Positions 37,571 through 47,301 of a DNA stretch of 64,000 nucleotides are shown here, piece by piece. Each line of letters opens with the position of its first letter. Within the stretch, counting starts at the first letter, position 1. A program made the position numbers and the translations under genes. The notes below the pieces were generated by a model. That model did no database searches and had not been told where the DNA came from. It saw only the letters and a list, made by a program, of their open reading frames with translations. Source of the stretch: an uncultured bacterium (lineage in GTDB: Bacteria; Chlamydiota; Chlamydiia; Chlamydiales; JAAKFR01); assembly GCA_964350245.1 (NCBI GenBank), contig CAYGJC010000009.1, positions 1,951-65,950 of the forward strand, in the 5' to 3' direction.

Positions 37571-40045
37571 ATGAAATACGACCCTCATTTAATCGAAAAA
37601 AAATGGCAAAAACAGTGGCTGGAAAAGCACGTTTTTAAAGCCTCAGAAGACTCCAAAAAACCCAAATACTACGTTCTGGATATGTTTCCCTACCCCTCGG
37701 GTGCAGGGCTTCATGTCGGCCATCTGGTTGGCTATACCGCTACAGACGTTTTGGGTAGGTACAAGCTGGCACAGGGTTTTTCGGTTCTCCACCCGATGGG
37801 TTGGGATAGCTTTGGCTTGCCTGCCGAGCAATATGCGATCCGCACAGGAACCCATCCTGCTGCCACCACGCTGAGTAACATCAAAAATTTTAAGTCACAA
37901 CTCCAAGCGATCGGCTACGCCTATGACTGGGATCGGGAGGTAATGACAAGCGATCCGAAGTACTACAAGTGGACGCAGTGGATCTTCACGAAACTCTACG
38001 AGAGAGGTCTTGCCTATCAGGCGGAGATGTTGGTCAATTGGTGTCCTGCTTTGGGAACGGTGCTCGCTAATGAAGAGATCGAGGAGGGACGGGCCAAAGA
38101 GGGGGGGCACCCTGTAGAACGGCGGCCGCTGAAGCAATGGGTGCTGAAGATTACCGCTTATGCCGATCGTCTCTTAGAGGATCTTGATTCTGTCGATTGG
38201 CCCGAAGGGCTGAAGCGGCTGCAGCGCAATTGGATTGGCCGGAGCGTGGGGGCCATTGTGGATTTTCCGATTGAGGGGAGTCAAGAGCACTTAAGTGTGT
38301 TTACCACCTGTCCCCATACCCTTTTTGGTGTGACCTATATGGTGCTCTCTCCTGAGCACCCTCTTGTTGAACAGGTGACGACCAAGGAGAATAAAGAGGC
38401 TGTTCACCATTATCAGAAAACGACTGCAGAAAAGAGTGATCTGGAGCGAAGTGAGCTTGCAAAAGAGAAAACAGGTGTATTTACCGGGGGCTATGCGTTC
38501 AATCCAGTTACGGAAGAGAGAATCCCCATCTGGATTGCCGATTATGTGCTCATGGGATATGGAACGGGCGCAGTGATGGCGGTACCGGCCCACGATAGTC
38601 GTGATCAGGAGTTTGCGGGGCAGTTTAACCTGCCGATTCAACCCGTTTTGGATGAAAAGGATTGTCTGATCAACAGCGCCCATGGCTCGCTTGATCTCAA
38701 CGGATTGCGTGTAGAAGAGGCGATTGAAAGGGTGACGGCTTGGCTAGAGAAGAGTGGAATGGGTAGAAAGGCAGTGAATTACAAGCTGCGCGATTGGCTC
38801 TTTTCTCGGCAACGCTATTGGGGTGAGCCGTTTCCGATCCTCCATTTTGAGGATGGCTCTACACGTGCCCTAGAGTTAGACGAATTGCCGCTTGAGGCTC
38901 CTGAGGTAGAAGAGTATAAGCCATGTCCAACCGGTGAGAGTCCACTGGCTAAGGTTAAGGAGTGGGTGACACTGGTTGATGACAAGACGGGAAAACCGGC
39001 CCTGCGTGAAACCAATACGATGCCGCAGTGGGCAGGCTCGTGTTGGTACTACCTCCGTTTTTGTGATCCGCACAATGAGAGCGCCGCATGGGATCCTGAA
39101 AAAGAGAAATACTGGATGCCGGTCGACATGTATGTGGGGGGAGCCGAGCATGCTGTGCTCCATCTTCTCTATGCCCGTTTTTGGCATAAGGTGCTCTTTG
39201 ATTGTGGTCTTGTGAGTGGAACCGAGCCCTTTAAGCGGCTTGTTAATCAAGGATTAGTGGTGGCACGCGCTTTCCAGAAAGAGGGAGGAGCCTACGTAGA
39301 AACTGAAGAGGTGGTGGAACGTGAAGGGAAGTACTTCCACTGGGAGAGTGGAGAAGAGCTCCGCTCTCAGATTGAGAAGATGTCTAAGTCGAAGCTCAAT
39401 GGTGTTTCTCCGGATGAGATTATTGAAGAGTTTGGAGCGGACGCCCTCCGACTCTACTCCCTATTTATGGGACCCATTGAAAAGGAGAAGGTGTGGAATA
39501 CCAACGGCGTGAGCGGCTGTCGCCGCTTTCTCAACCGTTTTTTTGAGATGGCCGTCTCTGAAAAGGTGACCGAGGCTTTCTCTGATGAGGGAATGCAACT
39601 TGTGCATCGCCTGATCAATGGGGTGACAGGAGATATTGAAAAGCTGCTGTTTAACACGGCAATTGCCAAAATGATGGAGTTTCTCAATCATTTCACTAAA
39701 TTGCCAAACTACCCCAAAGAGGGGGTAAAGCAAGCCGTTCAACTACTCTCTCCTTTTGCTCCTCACATGGCTGAAGAGTTGTGGGTTTATTTAGGCGAAA
39801 CATCCCGGCTCGCCCATGTCCCTTGGCCAAAAGCCGATCCACGTTACTTGGTAGAAGAGAGTGTGACCTACGTAGTCCAGGTAAACGGAAAAGTGCGTGG
39901 GCGTTTTGAATTACCTAAAGATCAAAGTGAAGAGGTGATTGTCCATTTGGCTAAGGAAGATCCTGCAGTGACCAAACATTTGACAGGTGAGGTGGTGAAA
40001 GTGATTTTTGTGCCGAATAAGCTCCTGAATTTCGTTGTGAAATGA
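37571..40045 (+). CDS. leuS: Leucine--tRNA ligase
   Basis: MKYDPHLIEKKWQKQW start, HVGH (HIGH) motif and KMSKS. The listed start at 37514 lies inside the terminator T-tract and is rejected. Confidence 0.95.
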   Translation: MKYDPHLIEKKWQKQWLEKHVFKASEDSKKPKYYVLDMFPYPSGAGLHVGHLVGYTATDVLGRYKLAQGFSVLHPMGWDSFGLPAEQYAIRTGTHPAATTLSNIKNFKSQLQAIGYAYDWDREVMTSDPKYYKWTQWIFTKLYERGLAYQAEMLVNWCPALGTVLANEEIEEGRAKEGGHPVERRPLKQWVLKITAYADRLLEDLDSVDWPEGLKRLQRNWIGRSVGAIVDFPIEGSQEHLSVFTTCPHTLFGVTYMVLSPEHPLVEQVTTKENKEAVHHYQKTTAEKSDLERSELAKEKTGVFTGGYAFNPVTEERIPIWIADYVLMGYGTGAVMAVPAHDSRDQEFAGQFNLPIQPVLDEKDCLINSAHGSLDLNGLRVEEAIERVTAWLEKSGMGRKAVNYKLRDWLFSRQRYWGEPFPILHFEDGSTRALELDELPLEAPEVEEYKPCPTGESPLAKVKEWVTLVDDKTGKPALRETNTMPQWAGSCWYYLRFCDPHNESAAWDPEKEKYWMPVDMYVGGAEHAVLHLLYARFWHKVLFDCGLVSGTEPFKRLVNQGLVVARAFQKEGGAYVETEEVVEREGKYFHWESGEELRSQIEKMSKSKLNGVSPDEIIEEFGADALRLYSLFMGPIEKEKVWNTNGVSGCRRFLNRFFEMAVSEKVTEAFSDEGMQLVHRLINGVTGDIEKLLFNTAIAKMMEFLNHFTKLPNYPKEGVKQAVQLLSPFAPHMAEELWVYLGETSRLAHVPWPKADPRYLVEESVTYVVQVNGKVRGRFELPKDQSEEVIVHLAKEDPAVTKHLTGEVVKVIFVPNKLLNFVVK

Positions 40046-41295
40046 TCCGTATTCTTTATGATGTGGCGCTCCATTTTTTTGCGCTTTTTTCACTGCCCAA
40101 ACTGCTCTGGAATCGGAGCAAGTATCAGGGTAGTTTATCTGCTCGTTTAGGCAAGCGTTTCCCTGAGATTGAAAAAAAAGGGCGCACACTCATTTGGGTG
40201 CACGCCGTTTCTCTAGGGGAGGCCAAAGCAGTGACTCCTCTCATTCAGAAGTTTAAAGAGCGCTCCTCTCTTGTGCTTTTTTCCACGTCGACAAAAACGG
40301 GTTTTGAAGAGGGAGGAAAGAGTGGTGCTGATTGGACGGTTTATCTCCCCTTTGATTTCAGTTATATAATCAGCCCGATTGTGCGGCGGATTTGTCCTGA
40401 TATGGTGCTCTTGACAGAGACAGATTTTTGGTATCATTTTCAGTTAGCCGCAAAAAAGAGCGGAGCTCAAATCGTTCTTGTGAATGGCAAGATTTCCGAA
40501 CGCTCCTATCAGCGCTACCGGCGTTTTCCCTCCCTGGCTCGTTTTCTTCTATCCACGATAGATTATTTTTACGTGCAGAGCCCTTTGTATCAGCGGCGTT
40601 TTACAGAGATTGGGGTGCCGGCAGCAAAGATCGTGGTGACCGGAAACATGAAGCTGGATGCCGCGATTGAAAAAGTGTCTCCTCCTTCTAAAGAGCAGCT
40701 TGGGCTTGTGGATCAATATGTGATCACGCTTGGTTCCACCCATGCTCCTGAAGAAAGAATATGGATCGAGGCTTTAAAAAAGCTGTGGCCCCATCAGATG
40801 AACCTTAAGGTTTTCATTGCACCGCGCCATCCCGAACGATTTAACGAAGTGGCCCGTCTTTTAGCCGACAATCGCATTACCTATGGGCGCTGGAGCCAGC
40901 AAGGAACACTGCATACGCGGGATGTGCTGCTAGTAGACACGGTGGGAGCCCTTAAGCAGTGTTACCAGCTCTCAGATCTGACCTTTGTGGGAGGAAGTTT
41001 TACTCCCAAAGTGGGGGGGCATAATATTTTAGAGCCCGCTTTTTTTGGCAAACCTGTGCTTTTTGGTCCTTATATATACTCTCAAGCTGAACTAGCGGAC
41101 ATGGTGGACAGGTATCGGGCCGGATTACAGATCACTCCGGAGGATATTGAGGCCACTGTGAATCAGTTCATTGCTCATCCGGAACTAGCGCAGCAGATGG
41201 GAAAAAATGGTTTGAGGCTCATTAATGAGTCGCGCGGGACCTTGGATAAAATATTTGATTCGCTTCAATGCTTGCTTGAAAAGAGTGAGCCGTGA
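40042..41295 (+). CDS. waaA: 3-deoxy-D-manno-octulosonic acid (Kdo) transferase
   Basis: IWVHAVSLGEAKAV, ...PRHPERF and ...VGGSF...GGHNILEP blocks. 4-nt overlap with leuS. Confidence 0.9.
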   Translation: MIRILYDVALHFFALFSLPKLLWNRSKYQGSLSARLGKRFPEIEKKGRTLIWVHAVSLGEAKAVTPLIQKFKERSSLVLFSTSTKTGFEEGGKSGADWTVYLPFDFSYIISPIVRRICPDMVLLTETDFWYHFQLAAKKSGAQIVLVNGKISERSYQRYRRFPSLARFLLSTIDYFYVQSPLYQRRFTEIGVPAAKIVVTGNMKLDAAIEKVSPPSKEQLGLVDQYVITLGSTHAPEERIWIEALKKLWPHQMNLKVFIAPRHPERFNEVARLLADNRITYGRWSQQGTLHTRDVLLVDTVGALKQCYQLSDLTFVGGSFTPKVGGHNILEPAFFGKPVLFGPYIYSQAELADMVDRYRAGLQITPEDIEATVNQFIAHPELAQQMGKNGLRLINESRGTLDKIFDSLQCLLEKSEP

Positions 41296-41313
41296 TAAGT
41301 TGTTAACTCACAT

Positions 41314-41386
41314 CGCGGGATGGAGCAGTGGTTAGCTCGTTGGGCTCATAACCCAAAGGTCGGAGGTTCGAATCCTTCTCCCGCTA
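41314..41386 (+). tRNA. Initiator tRNA-fMet (anticodon CAT)
   Basis: Cloverleaf drawn by hand: CGCGGGA/TCCCGCT acceptor with a C1-U72 mismatch. Anticodon stem TTGGG/CCCAA gives three G-C pairs next to the loop CTCATAA. T-loop TTCGAAT. CCA is not encoded. Confidence 0.9.
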
Positions 41387-41408
41387 TTTTCCTCAGTTTA
41401 TTTTTTGT

Positions 41409-41482
41409 GGCGGCATAGCTCAGTTGGTTAGAGCAACGGAATCATAATCCGTGGGTCGTTGGTTCAAGTCCGACTGCCGCTA
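41409..41482 (+). tRNA. tRNA with CAT anticodon (elongator Met or lysidine-modified Ile2; not distinguishable by eye)
   Basis: Cloverleaf: GGCGGCA/TGCCGCT acceptor (G1-U72), D-arm GCTC-AGTTGGTTA-GAGC, anticodon arm ACGGA-ATCATAA-TCCGT, T-arm GTTGG-TTCAAGT-CCGAC. Confidence 0.9.
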
Positions 41483-41670
41483 CTCTTCATCCTCTCTATT
41501 GCTCATTGGATTAAAATTCGGATTGGCACATGCCAGTCTCTTTGCTACACCCATTAGACCATTAATTAAACGACAAAATACCGCAGCGAATAGAACACAG
41601 CGCGGGACTCACTCTTTGAAAAAAATAAACAAGGAGAAGTCATGAATTTTTCTACACAGCCCTACACAGC

Positions 41671-42240
41671 CTAGTCATGACAAAATCTCTTGAGTTCAGC
41701 GTGGTTATTTAATTCATTTCGTGAAATTAATCCTAATTTCAACCCGTCATTGATTGCTTGAGCGATCAAGTCAATCGATAATTTCCTGTCGATTAGGATA
41801 TCTATCAGGGTTCTGATGGGTGTGGTAACACAATACCCTTGCTGCCTACGGATTTCATCTTCTCTAAGATCGGCATAATGAAGTGTTAATACCTTAGGAA
41901 TAGTAATACTCTTGCGAAATGCATTAGGGACAGTTAGGTGCATTTTAGAAGGCATGACATCCGATAGCTCATAAATATCGAGAGCCGTTTCATGAGACCA
42001 GATTCCTTGATTCTCCCCCTTGCGATTTTGGCTCCATAAACTCCATATAACAAGCTCGGGACGCTCGGTGACTGGATACCGAGCTAATCGATAAATCCCG
42101 CGCATTTCTTTCAACCATTCACCTGCATTAAGATATCTTTGAAAATGGGAACGATAATAGCCACTTTCTTCGGCTTGTTTGCAGGTAAAGTAGCCTTGCT
42201 GTCGATCTGCAATTTTAAAAAGAAGGTCCTTATTTGCCAT
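41671..42240 (-). CDS. AbiEi-family (type IV toxin-antitoxin) antitoxin / transcriptional regulator; orphan
   Basis: N-terminal wHTH-like QQGYFTCKQAEESGYYRSHFQRYLNAGEWLKEMRGIYRL is typical of the AbiEi_4 domain. No AbiEii nucleotidyltransferase gene is adjacent. Confidence 0.7.
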   Translation of the reverse strand: MANKDLLFKIADRQQGYFTCKQAEESGYYRSHFQRYLNAGEWLKEMRGIYRLARYPVTERPELVIWSLWSQNRKGENQGIWSHETALDIYELSDVMPSKMHLTVPNAFRKSITIPKVLTLHYADLREDEIRRQQGYCVTTPIRTLIDILIDRKLSIDLIAQAINDGLKLGLISRNELNNHAELKRFCHD

Positions 42241-42338
42241 AAATAAATGCTACCAAAATGGTAACTTTTGTGTCATAAACAACGTTTTCTAATTTTTTAA
42301 ACTTTCTGTAAAGGACATGAATTGTAGACAAACCGCGC

Positions 42339-42379
42339 AATCGTAATCCGTGGGTCTTGGTTCAAGTCCGACTGCCGCT
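42339..42379 (+). repeat. Direct repeat: degenerate copy of the 3' half of the tRNA(CAT) gene (attR-like scar)
   Basis: AATCGTAATCCGTGGGTC-TTGGTTCAAGTCCGACTGCCGCT versus tRNA 41440-41481. There is one substitution (anticodon A to G) and one 1-nt deletion. Confidence 0.85.
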
Positions 42380-42446
42380 CACTTCTAAAGATGAGACGTC
42401 CACTCTATTAAAATGATCTCTGGAGTAGAAAAAGTACAATCGAGGG

Positions 42447-42785
42447 TTGATTTATGGGAAAAATTACCCTACTCTCATTTGCATTGATGGACTGGCATTG
42501 GAGATTTGTATGTTCCCAGACTCAGTGCTTGATCACCTGTTAGCCCAAAGAATGGCTCCGGGTACCTATGTTTCGACTCCTTTGCCCAATCCTGGGCATC
42601 CTGGAGATACTCTTTATGTTCTCATCCAGAGAGTATCTGAATTCGTCTTTACTTATCATTTCTACAAAACAGCAGAGGAGTGTAATTCCTCCCTGGCTCG
42701 ATTAGACGGCCGGTTGCGTATTGATGTAACGCGTGTGTTTGGAACCACCCTCCAAGAGGCAAGAGCTCAGCTTGGGGCAAGTTAA
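42447..42785 (+). CDS. Hypothetical protein (TTG start; weak call)
   Basis: ORF only; no recognisable motif. It lies just outside the att-like repeat. Confidence 0.3.
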   Translation: MIYGKNYPTLICIDGLALEICMFPDSVLDHLLAQRMAPGTYVSTPLPNPGHPGDTLYVLIQRVSEFVFTYHFYKTAEECNSSLARLDGRLRIDVTRVFGTTLQEARAQLGAS

Positions 42786-42868
42786 GTAAGCAGGCATTTT
42801 TCTCGACTTATTCCAAATAAAACGCTACAGTCTCCACGTATACGCATTTTGAATTCTGGAGCCGCAAC

Positions 42869-43669
42869 ATGCATGGAACGCTTGTCAAACCTGAATCCCG
42901 AGAATGGGTTACGCTCGATAATGGAGGCATCCATCTCTTTGGTGTCCTCCACCGCCCCACCCAAGTCGAAAACCCTCCCATTGTTGTTGTGATGCACGGG
43001 TTTGCTAGCAGTAAACACGGTTCTAATCGCTGCTATGTCACTTTAGCTGAAGCGCTTACAAGCGTTGGAGTGGCCTGTCTACGCTTCGATTTCAGGGGCT
43101 GCGGTGATAGTGAAGGTTCGATGAATGACGCTTCTGTTGAAGATCTAATCTCAGATGGATTGACGGTATCCAAACAGGCCTTGTCTATTGAAGGTGTGGA
43201 TGCAACTCGGGTGGGTCTTTTTGGAGCGTCGCTTGGAGGAGCCATTGCTGTTGAGGTATGTGAGCGGCTACAGGGTGTGGTCAAGGCACTTGCTCTTTGG
43301 GCACCGGTAGCGAGTGGAGAGCTTTGGTTTCGCGATTTTATTAAGAAGCATCCTGAAATGCTCAGTGCGGAACCGACTGACACAATGGGTACCTACAGAG
43401 GTGTCTGTGTGAGTCCTCTTTTTCGTGAGCAGTTTGCTCGCTTACATGCTCATAAAACGCTGGGCTCTTTAACCAATCTTCCTCTGCTGCATATGCATGG
43501 TGAGGGAGACGAAATCATTTCGATTGCTCACCAAAAGGCCTACAAGCAGGTGGCCGGATCCGATGCAAAGTTCATTACCTATCCTGAGGAGGCGCACTCT
43601 TTGGGTTTTGCCAAGGCACTTCCTGCTGCCATTGAAAAATCAGTGACCTTCTTTAAGGAGAACCTTTGA
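42869..43669 (+). CDS. Alpha/beta-fold serine hydrolase
   Basis: HG oxyanion motif (VVVMHGFASS), nucleophile elbow GASLGG, and C-terminal GEGDEII...H. Confidence 0.7.
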   Translation: MHGTLVKPESREWVTLDNGGIHLFGVLHRPTQVENPPIVVVMHGFASSKHGSNRCYVTLAEALTSVGVACLRFDFRGCGDSEGSMNDASVEDLISDGLTVSKQALSIEGVDATRVGLFGASLGGAIAVEVCERLQGVVKALALWAPVASGELWFRDFIKKHPEMLSAEPTDTMGTYRGVCVSPLFREQFARLHAHKTLGSLTNLPLLHMHGEGDEIISIAHQKAYKQVAGSDAKFITYPEEAHSLGFAKALPAAIEKSVTFFKENL

Positions 43670-45204
43670 TGAGAAGTCCAATCGAGGAGGCACGTTTAAA
43701 GTATAAACCTCCTCTTCCTGGATGTCTGAAGGGACTCTCTTTTTTGCAGAGTGTGGAAGGTGAGATTGCTCAAAATTCAGCTTTGAAAGAGATTTTTCCT
43801 AGGACCTACGCGAGTCCGCGTATTGAATTTAGAACAGGGGAGCCTGTCAAGTACGCTCCTTTGCGTTTGGGTGTAGTTTTATCAGGAGGTCAGGCAGCAG
43901 GTGGCCATAATGTCATCACGGGTCTGTTTGATGCGCTAAAAAAGATGCATCCAAGCTGCCGGCTTTTTGGCTTTTTAGGAGGACCGGCGGGGATCATCGA
44001 GAGTGATTATGTCGAGTTGAAAGAGGCGCTTCTAGACCATTATCGCAATACCGGGGGCTTTGATCTTCTCGGTTCAGGGCGGACAAAAATTGAAACTCCG
44101 GAGCAGCTGGCCGCTTCAAAAAAAACAGTTGAGGCGCTTAATCTAGACGGTTTGGTGATCATAGGAGGGGATGATTCGAACACGAATGCAGCTCTGCTTG
44201 CCGAGTATTTTCTTGCCGAGCACTGTCATACGCGGGTTGTGGGAGTGCCTAAAACAATTGATGGTGATTTGAAAAGTGCCGATATCGAGACCTCGTTTGG
44301 GTTTGATACGGCCTGTAAAACCTATAGTGAGTTAATCGGCAATATCGCCCGCGACGCCCTTTCGGCCAAAAAATATACGCACTTTATTAAGTTGATGGGG
44401 CGTTCTGCCTCGCATGTTACTCTGGAGTGTGCTCTGCAAACCCATCCAAATATGGCTTTGATCGGAGAAGAGGTAGCAGCCCGTCAAATGACGTTGCGTC
44501 AAATTGCTGAGCTGGTCGCGGATGTGCTGTGCGCCCGCTCTAAGGAGGGAAAAAATTATGGGGTGGTTCTGATTCCTGAGGGATTAATCGAATTTATCCC
44601 TGAGGTGCATGGCAAAAAGGGTTCTCTTCCCCAAGAGATTGCCTCACAACTTGAGCTTGAACGAGATCCCCACGGCAATGTACAGGTATCACAGATTGCC
44701 ACGGAGCAGCTTTTGACGCATGTAGTCGAGCAAGTGTTAAAAGAGCGAAGCGGCTATAAAGGGAAATTTGCTCCTGTGCACCATTTCTTTGGCTATGAAG
44801 GGCGCTCCTGTCTTCCTTCTAACTTTGATACGCACTATTGCTATGCGCTTGGGTTTACTGCTGCGCTACTTGTCCAGGCAGGCTGTACGGGCTATATGAG
44901 TGTGGTGCGTGGGCTGAGCGAACCGGTCGATGAATGGGAGGTGGGAGGAATCCCTTTGACTTCACTTATGACAATGGAGCAGAGAAAAGGGAGTCTCAAA
45001 CCTGTGATTAAAAAGGCCCTGGTTGACTTAGAGGGAGCTGCTTTTCAGTCGTTTGCCTCAAGGCGAGAAGTGTGGGGAATCGAAGATCACTACCGCTACC
45101 CGGGACCGATTCAATTTTTTGGTTCCGATGAGATTTGCAACGCCACAACGCTCACCCTTCATAAGCTAAACGGAATGAGTAAGGTGGCCCCCACACCCCA
45201 ATAG
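43666..45204 (+). CDS. pfp: Pyrophosphate-dependent 6-phosphofructokinase (diphosphate--fructose-6-phosphate 1-phosphotransferase)
   Basis: IIGGDDSNTNA (Asp in GGDDS is the PPi-type signature), PKTIDGDL and LMGRSASH. Length 512 aa. Confidence 0.85.
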   Translation: MMRSPIEEARLKYKPPLPGCLKGLSFLQSVEGEIAQNSALKEIFPRTYASPRIEFRTGEPVKYAPLRLGVVLSGGQAAGGHNVITGLFDALKKMHPSCRLFGFLGGPAGIIESDYVELKEALLDHYRNTGGFDLLGSGRTKIETPEQLAASKKTVEALNLDGLVIIGGDDSNTNAALLAEYFLAEHCHTRVVGVPKTIDGDLKSADIETSFGFDTACKTYSELIGNIARDALSAKKYTHFIKLMGRSASHVTLECALQTHPNMALIGEEVAARQMTLRQIAELVADVLCARSKEGKNYGVVLIPEGLIEFIPEVHGKKGSLPQEIASQLELERDPHGNVQVSQIATEQLLTHVVEQVLKERSGYKGKFAPVHHFFGYEGRSCLPSNFDTHYCYALGFTAALLVQAGCTGYMSVVRGLSEPVDEWEVGGIPLTSLMTMEQRKGSLKPVIKKALVDLEGAAFQSFASRREVWGIEDHYRYPGPIQFFGSDEICNATTLTLHKLNGMSKVAPTPQ

Positions 45205-45965
45205 TTTTTTAAGAAATTATGTGCATAGAGGTTGTACCAGCCCATGACTCGAAGTGTCCCCCAATATCCCAAAGGGTGACTTAAATAACTTCCTAGATCA
45301 ATTGTGCGGTGGGCGATTGAGGCATACCCTTGAAAAGGAACGTTAGGGATGATGTCATTGGGTCCAAGGCCGACTAACGCCTCACTGATCACACCCCATT
45401 CTAAATAACAGAACGGTTTAATAGAAATGGCCGCCAAGCTGTGAAGCCAGCCGTTTCCGTGGTTGGCAATGCCCCATCCCCCAAGTGCCCAGGCTCTGAG
45501 CCACCACTCTCTATTGCAGCTCCATTCTTTACCAATCGAGAGGTGAAGCTCCCCGTTCACCTCCCCGTGAAAGGGAAAGCTAAAGTCTTTGAGATCGCGG
45601 CTTCCAGGAAAAGACAAGGTGACGCCGGTTACAAGAGAAATCGGATCTCCACGGATGTCATCGAGCCACTGGTAGCGCACCGTTCCCACCGCGGCCAGGT
45701 AGGAGAAGGGGATATCACTGGTATGCGTGAGAAAAAGTTCCGCTTCTGCACTCCAGTAAGGCCATGGGGTTAACTCTAGACTGAATTGAAAGGTGTAGTC
45801 ATTACTGGGCGCATCAAAATTGCCCAGAGGAGATTGCACCTGTTTCTCTTTGTCGAATAGGTATGAAACACGTCCCTGTAGTTCCCAAAGAGGGGAGAAC
45901 CACGGGTTTAGCTGTGTGGCATAGATGGAGGAGGTGAGAAATAAGCAAACAAGCCACTTTCTCAT
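45159..45965 (-). CDS. Trp/Gly-rich putative outer-membrane beta-barrel protein
   Basis: Signal peptide [16 protein letters not shown]. Alternating amphipathic strands with many aromatic girdle residues. 4-nt overlap with trxB. Confidence 0.5.
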   Translation of the reverse strand: MRKWLVCLFLTSSIYATQLNPWFSPLWELQGRVSYLFDKEKQVQSPLGNFDAPSNDYTFQFSLELTPWPYWSAEAELFLTHTSDIPFSYLAAVGTVRYQWLDDIRGDPISLVTGVTLSFPGSRDLKDFSFPFHGEVNGELHLSIGKEWSCNREWWLRAWALGGWGIANHGNGWLHSLAAISIKPFCYLEWGVISEALVGLGPNDIIPNVPFQGYASIAHRTIDLGSYLSHPLGYWGTLRVMGWYNLYAHNFLKNYWGVGATLLIPFSL

Positions 45966-46915
45966 CCAGCATGTTCCTGCTCAGCTAACCACCTTTCGGC
46001 GTCAATCGCTGCCATGCACCCGCTGCCCGCGGCGGTCACAGCTTGTCGGTAAACGGGATCTTGGACATCACCGGCTGCAAAAACTCCCTCTACGTCTGTA
46101 TACGTGGTCCCGGGTTTGACGATGAGATAACCCTGATCGTTGAGAGGCATTTGCCCGCTTAGAAAATCGGTATTAGGTTTGTGACCAATGGCAAAAAAGA
46201 CACCCGCAGCTTCCCGTTTTTCCTCAACACCACTTTTAACATTTTTCACTGTGACCGAGCCCACCACTTTTTCGCCCTCGATTTTTGTGATGACAGAGTC
46301 CCAAAGCACTTCGATTTTGGGATGATTCAGTGCGCGCTGTGCCATGATTTTAGAAGCGCGCAGCTCATCACGTCGATGAACCAGATACACTTTGCTTCCA
46401 TACTTGGTCAAAAAGGTGGCTTCTTCAACGGCTGAATCGCCTCCTCCTATTACATAGAGCTCTTTTTCTCTAAAAATAGGCATCGCGCCATCGCAAATGG
46501 CGCACGCGGTGACTCCTTTCTGCCAAAATCCATCTTCACCGGCACCGGGTATCTCAAGGCGTTTTGCCGTGGCACCGGTTGCGATGATCAGAGCATCACA
46601 AGTGGCGCTTGTTTTTTTCCCTTCTACCTTAAAAGGGCGAGTGGAGAGATCGACTCCTTCGACATCTTCGCGGAGCAATTCGGTACCAAAACGGGCGCAC
46701 TGTTTGCGAAATGCGTCCATCATCTCAGGACCTGTTACACCTTCTGGAAATCCAGGATAATTCTCCACATCAGTTGTGGTCATCAGCTGGCCACCGGCGG
46801 GTCCGGAGAAAAAGCCTTCGTACAACAAAGGAGAGAGATTAGCGCGTGCTGTGTAAAGAGCGGCTGTGTAACCTGCAGGTCCCGATCCGATAATGATCAC
46901 TTTATGATGATTCAT
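45962..46915 (-). CDS. trxB: Thioredoxin-disulfide reductase
   Basis: FAD motif [13 protein letters not shown], redox-active CAICDG, and NADPH motif [12 protein letters not shown]. Confidence 0.93.
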   Translation of the reverse strand: MNHHKVIIIGSGPAGYTAALYTARANLSPLLYEGFFSGPAGGQLMTTTDVENYPGFPEGVTGPEMMDAFRKQCARFGTELLREDVEGVDLSTRPFKVEGKKTSATCDALIIATGATAKRLEIPGAGEDGFWQKGVTACAICDGAMPIFREKELYVIGGGDSAVEEATFLTKYGSKVYLVHRRDELRASKIMAQRALNHPKIEVLWDSVITKIEGEKVVGSVTVKNVKSGVEEKREAAGVFFAIGHKPNTDFLSGQMPLNDQGYLIVKPGTTYTDVEGVFAAGDVQDPVYRQAVTAAGSGCMAAIDAERWLAEQEHAG

Positions 46916-47285
46916 GACTAACTCCTGTTAATATAGCAGTTGCGGTTGCATAGTCTTCGCAATGGCTGATGGATACAAATATATGGGTGAGAGGGAAATG
47001 TTTTTTTAAGCGGTCAGAGAGGTAGACCTCGGGCTTTCCGTGCGGGTCGTTAATGATTTCGATCTCATGCCACTTGACCTCGGGATTAAAGCCCTTCCCA
47101 AGAGCTTTTAAAATGGCCTCTTTGGCCGCAAACCGTCCCGCATAACGCGGTGTGGGATCCTGGTGTTTTTGGCAGTAGCACTTTTCACGCTCTGTAAACA
47201 AGCGACCGATAAAGCGCTCTCCATGCCGCTCAATTGCTTCTTTGATTCGGCGGATTTCAATGATATCGGTTCCAATCCCGGCCAT
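46902..47285 (-). CDS. acpS: Holo-[acyl-carrier-protein] synthase
   Basis: [14 protein letters not shown] start (Met17 of the listed ORF), [12 protein letters not shown]. The start choice is uncertain; alternatives are at 47312 and 47333. Confidence 0.85.
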   Translation of the reverse strand: MAGIGTDIIEIRRIKEAIERHGERFIGRLFTEREKCYCQKHQDPTPRYAGRFAAKEAILKALGKGFNPEVKWHEIEIINDPHGKPEVYLSDRLKKHFPLTHIFVSISHCEDYATATAILTGVSHESS

Positions 47286-47301
47286 GCAGTTGGGAGGGAG
47301 G

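Larger units (their letters stand above)
41483..42379. mobile_element. Remnant of a tRNA-integrated element (856-bp insert plus att-like repeat); no integrase retained
   Basis: Bounded by the tRNA 3' half (41440-41481) and a 41-nt direct copy (42339-42379). The single gene inside is an AbiEi-type antitoxin. The interior looks visibly more AT-rich than the flanks. Confidence 0.55.

Noticed and set aside
38291-38683. A 130-aa antisense ORF (and others) inside leuS.
   Set aside because: Nested in a highly conserved aminoacyl-tRNA synthetase gene, with no start context or motifs.
41451-41645. A 64-aa ORF starting inside the tRNA(CAT) gene.
   Set aside because: It overlaps a well-folding tRNA and runs into the island scar, with no SD sequence or motifs.
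41652-41671. A tandem 10-bp duplication, CTACACAGCC x2, at the 3' end of abiEi.
   Set aside because: There are only two copies and they abut the stop codon. This is too short to call a repeat element and is noted only as possible slippage within the decaying islet.
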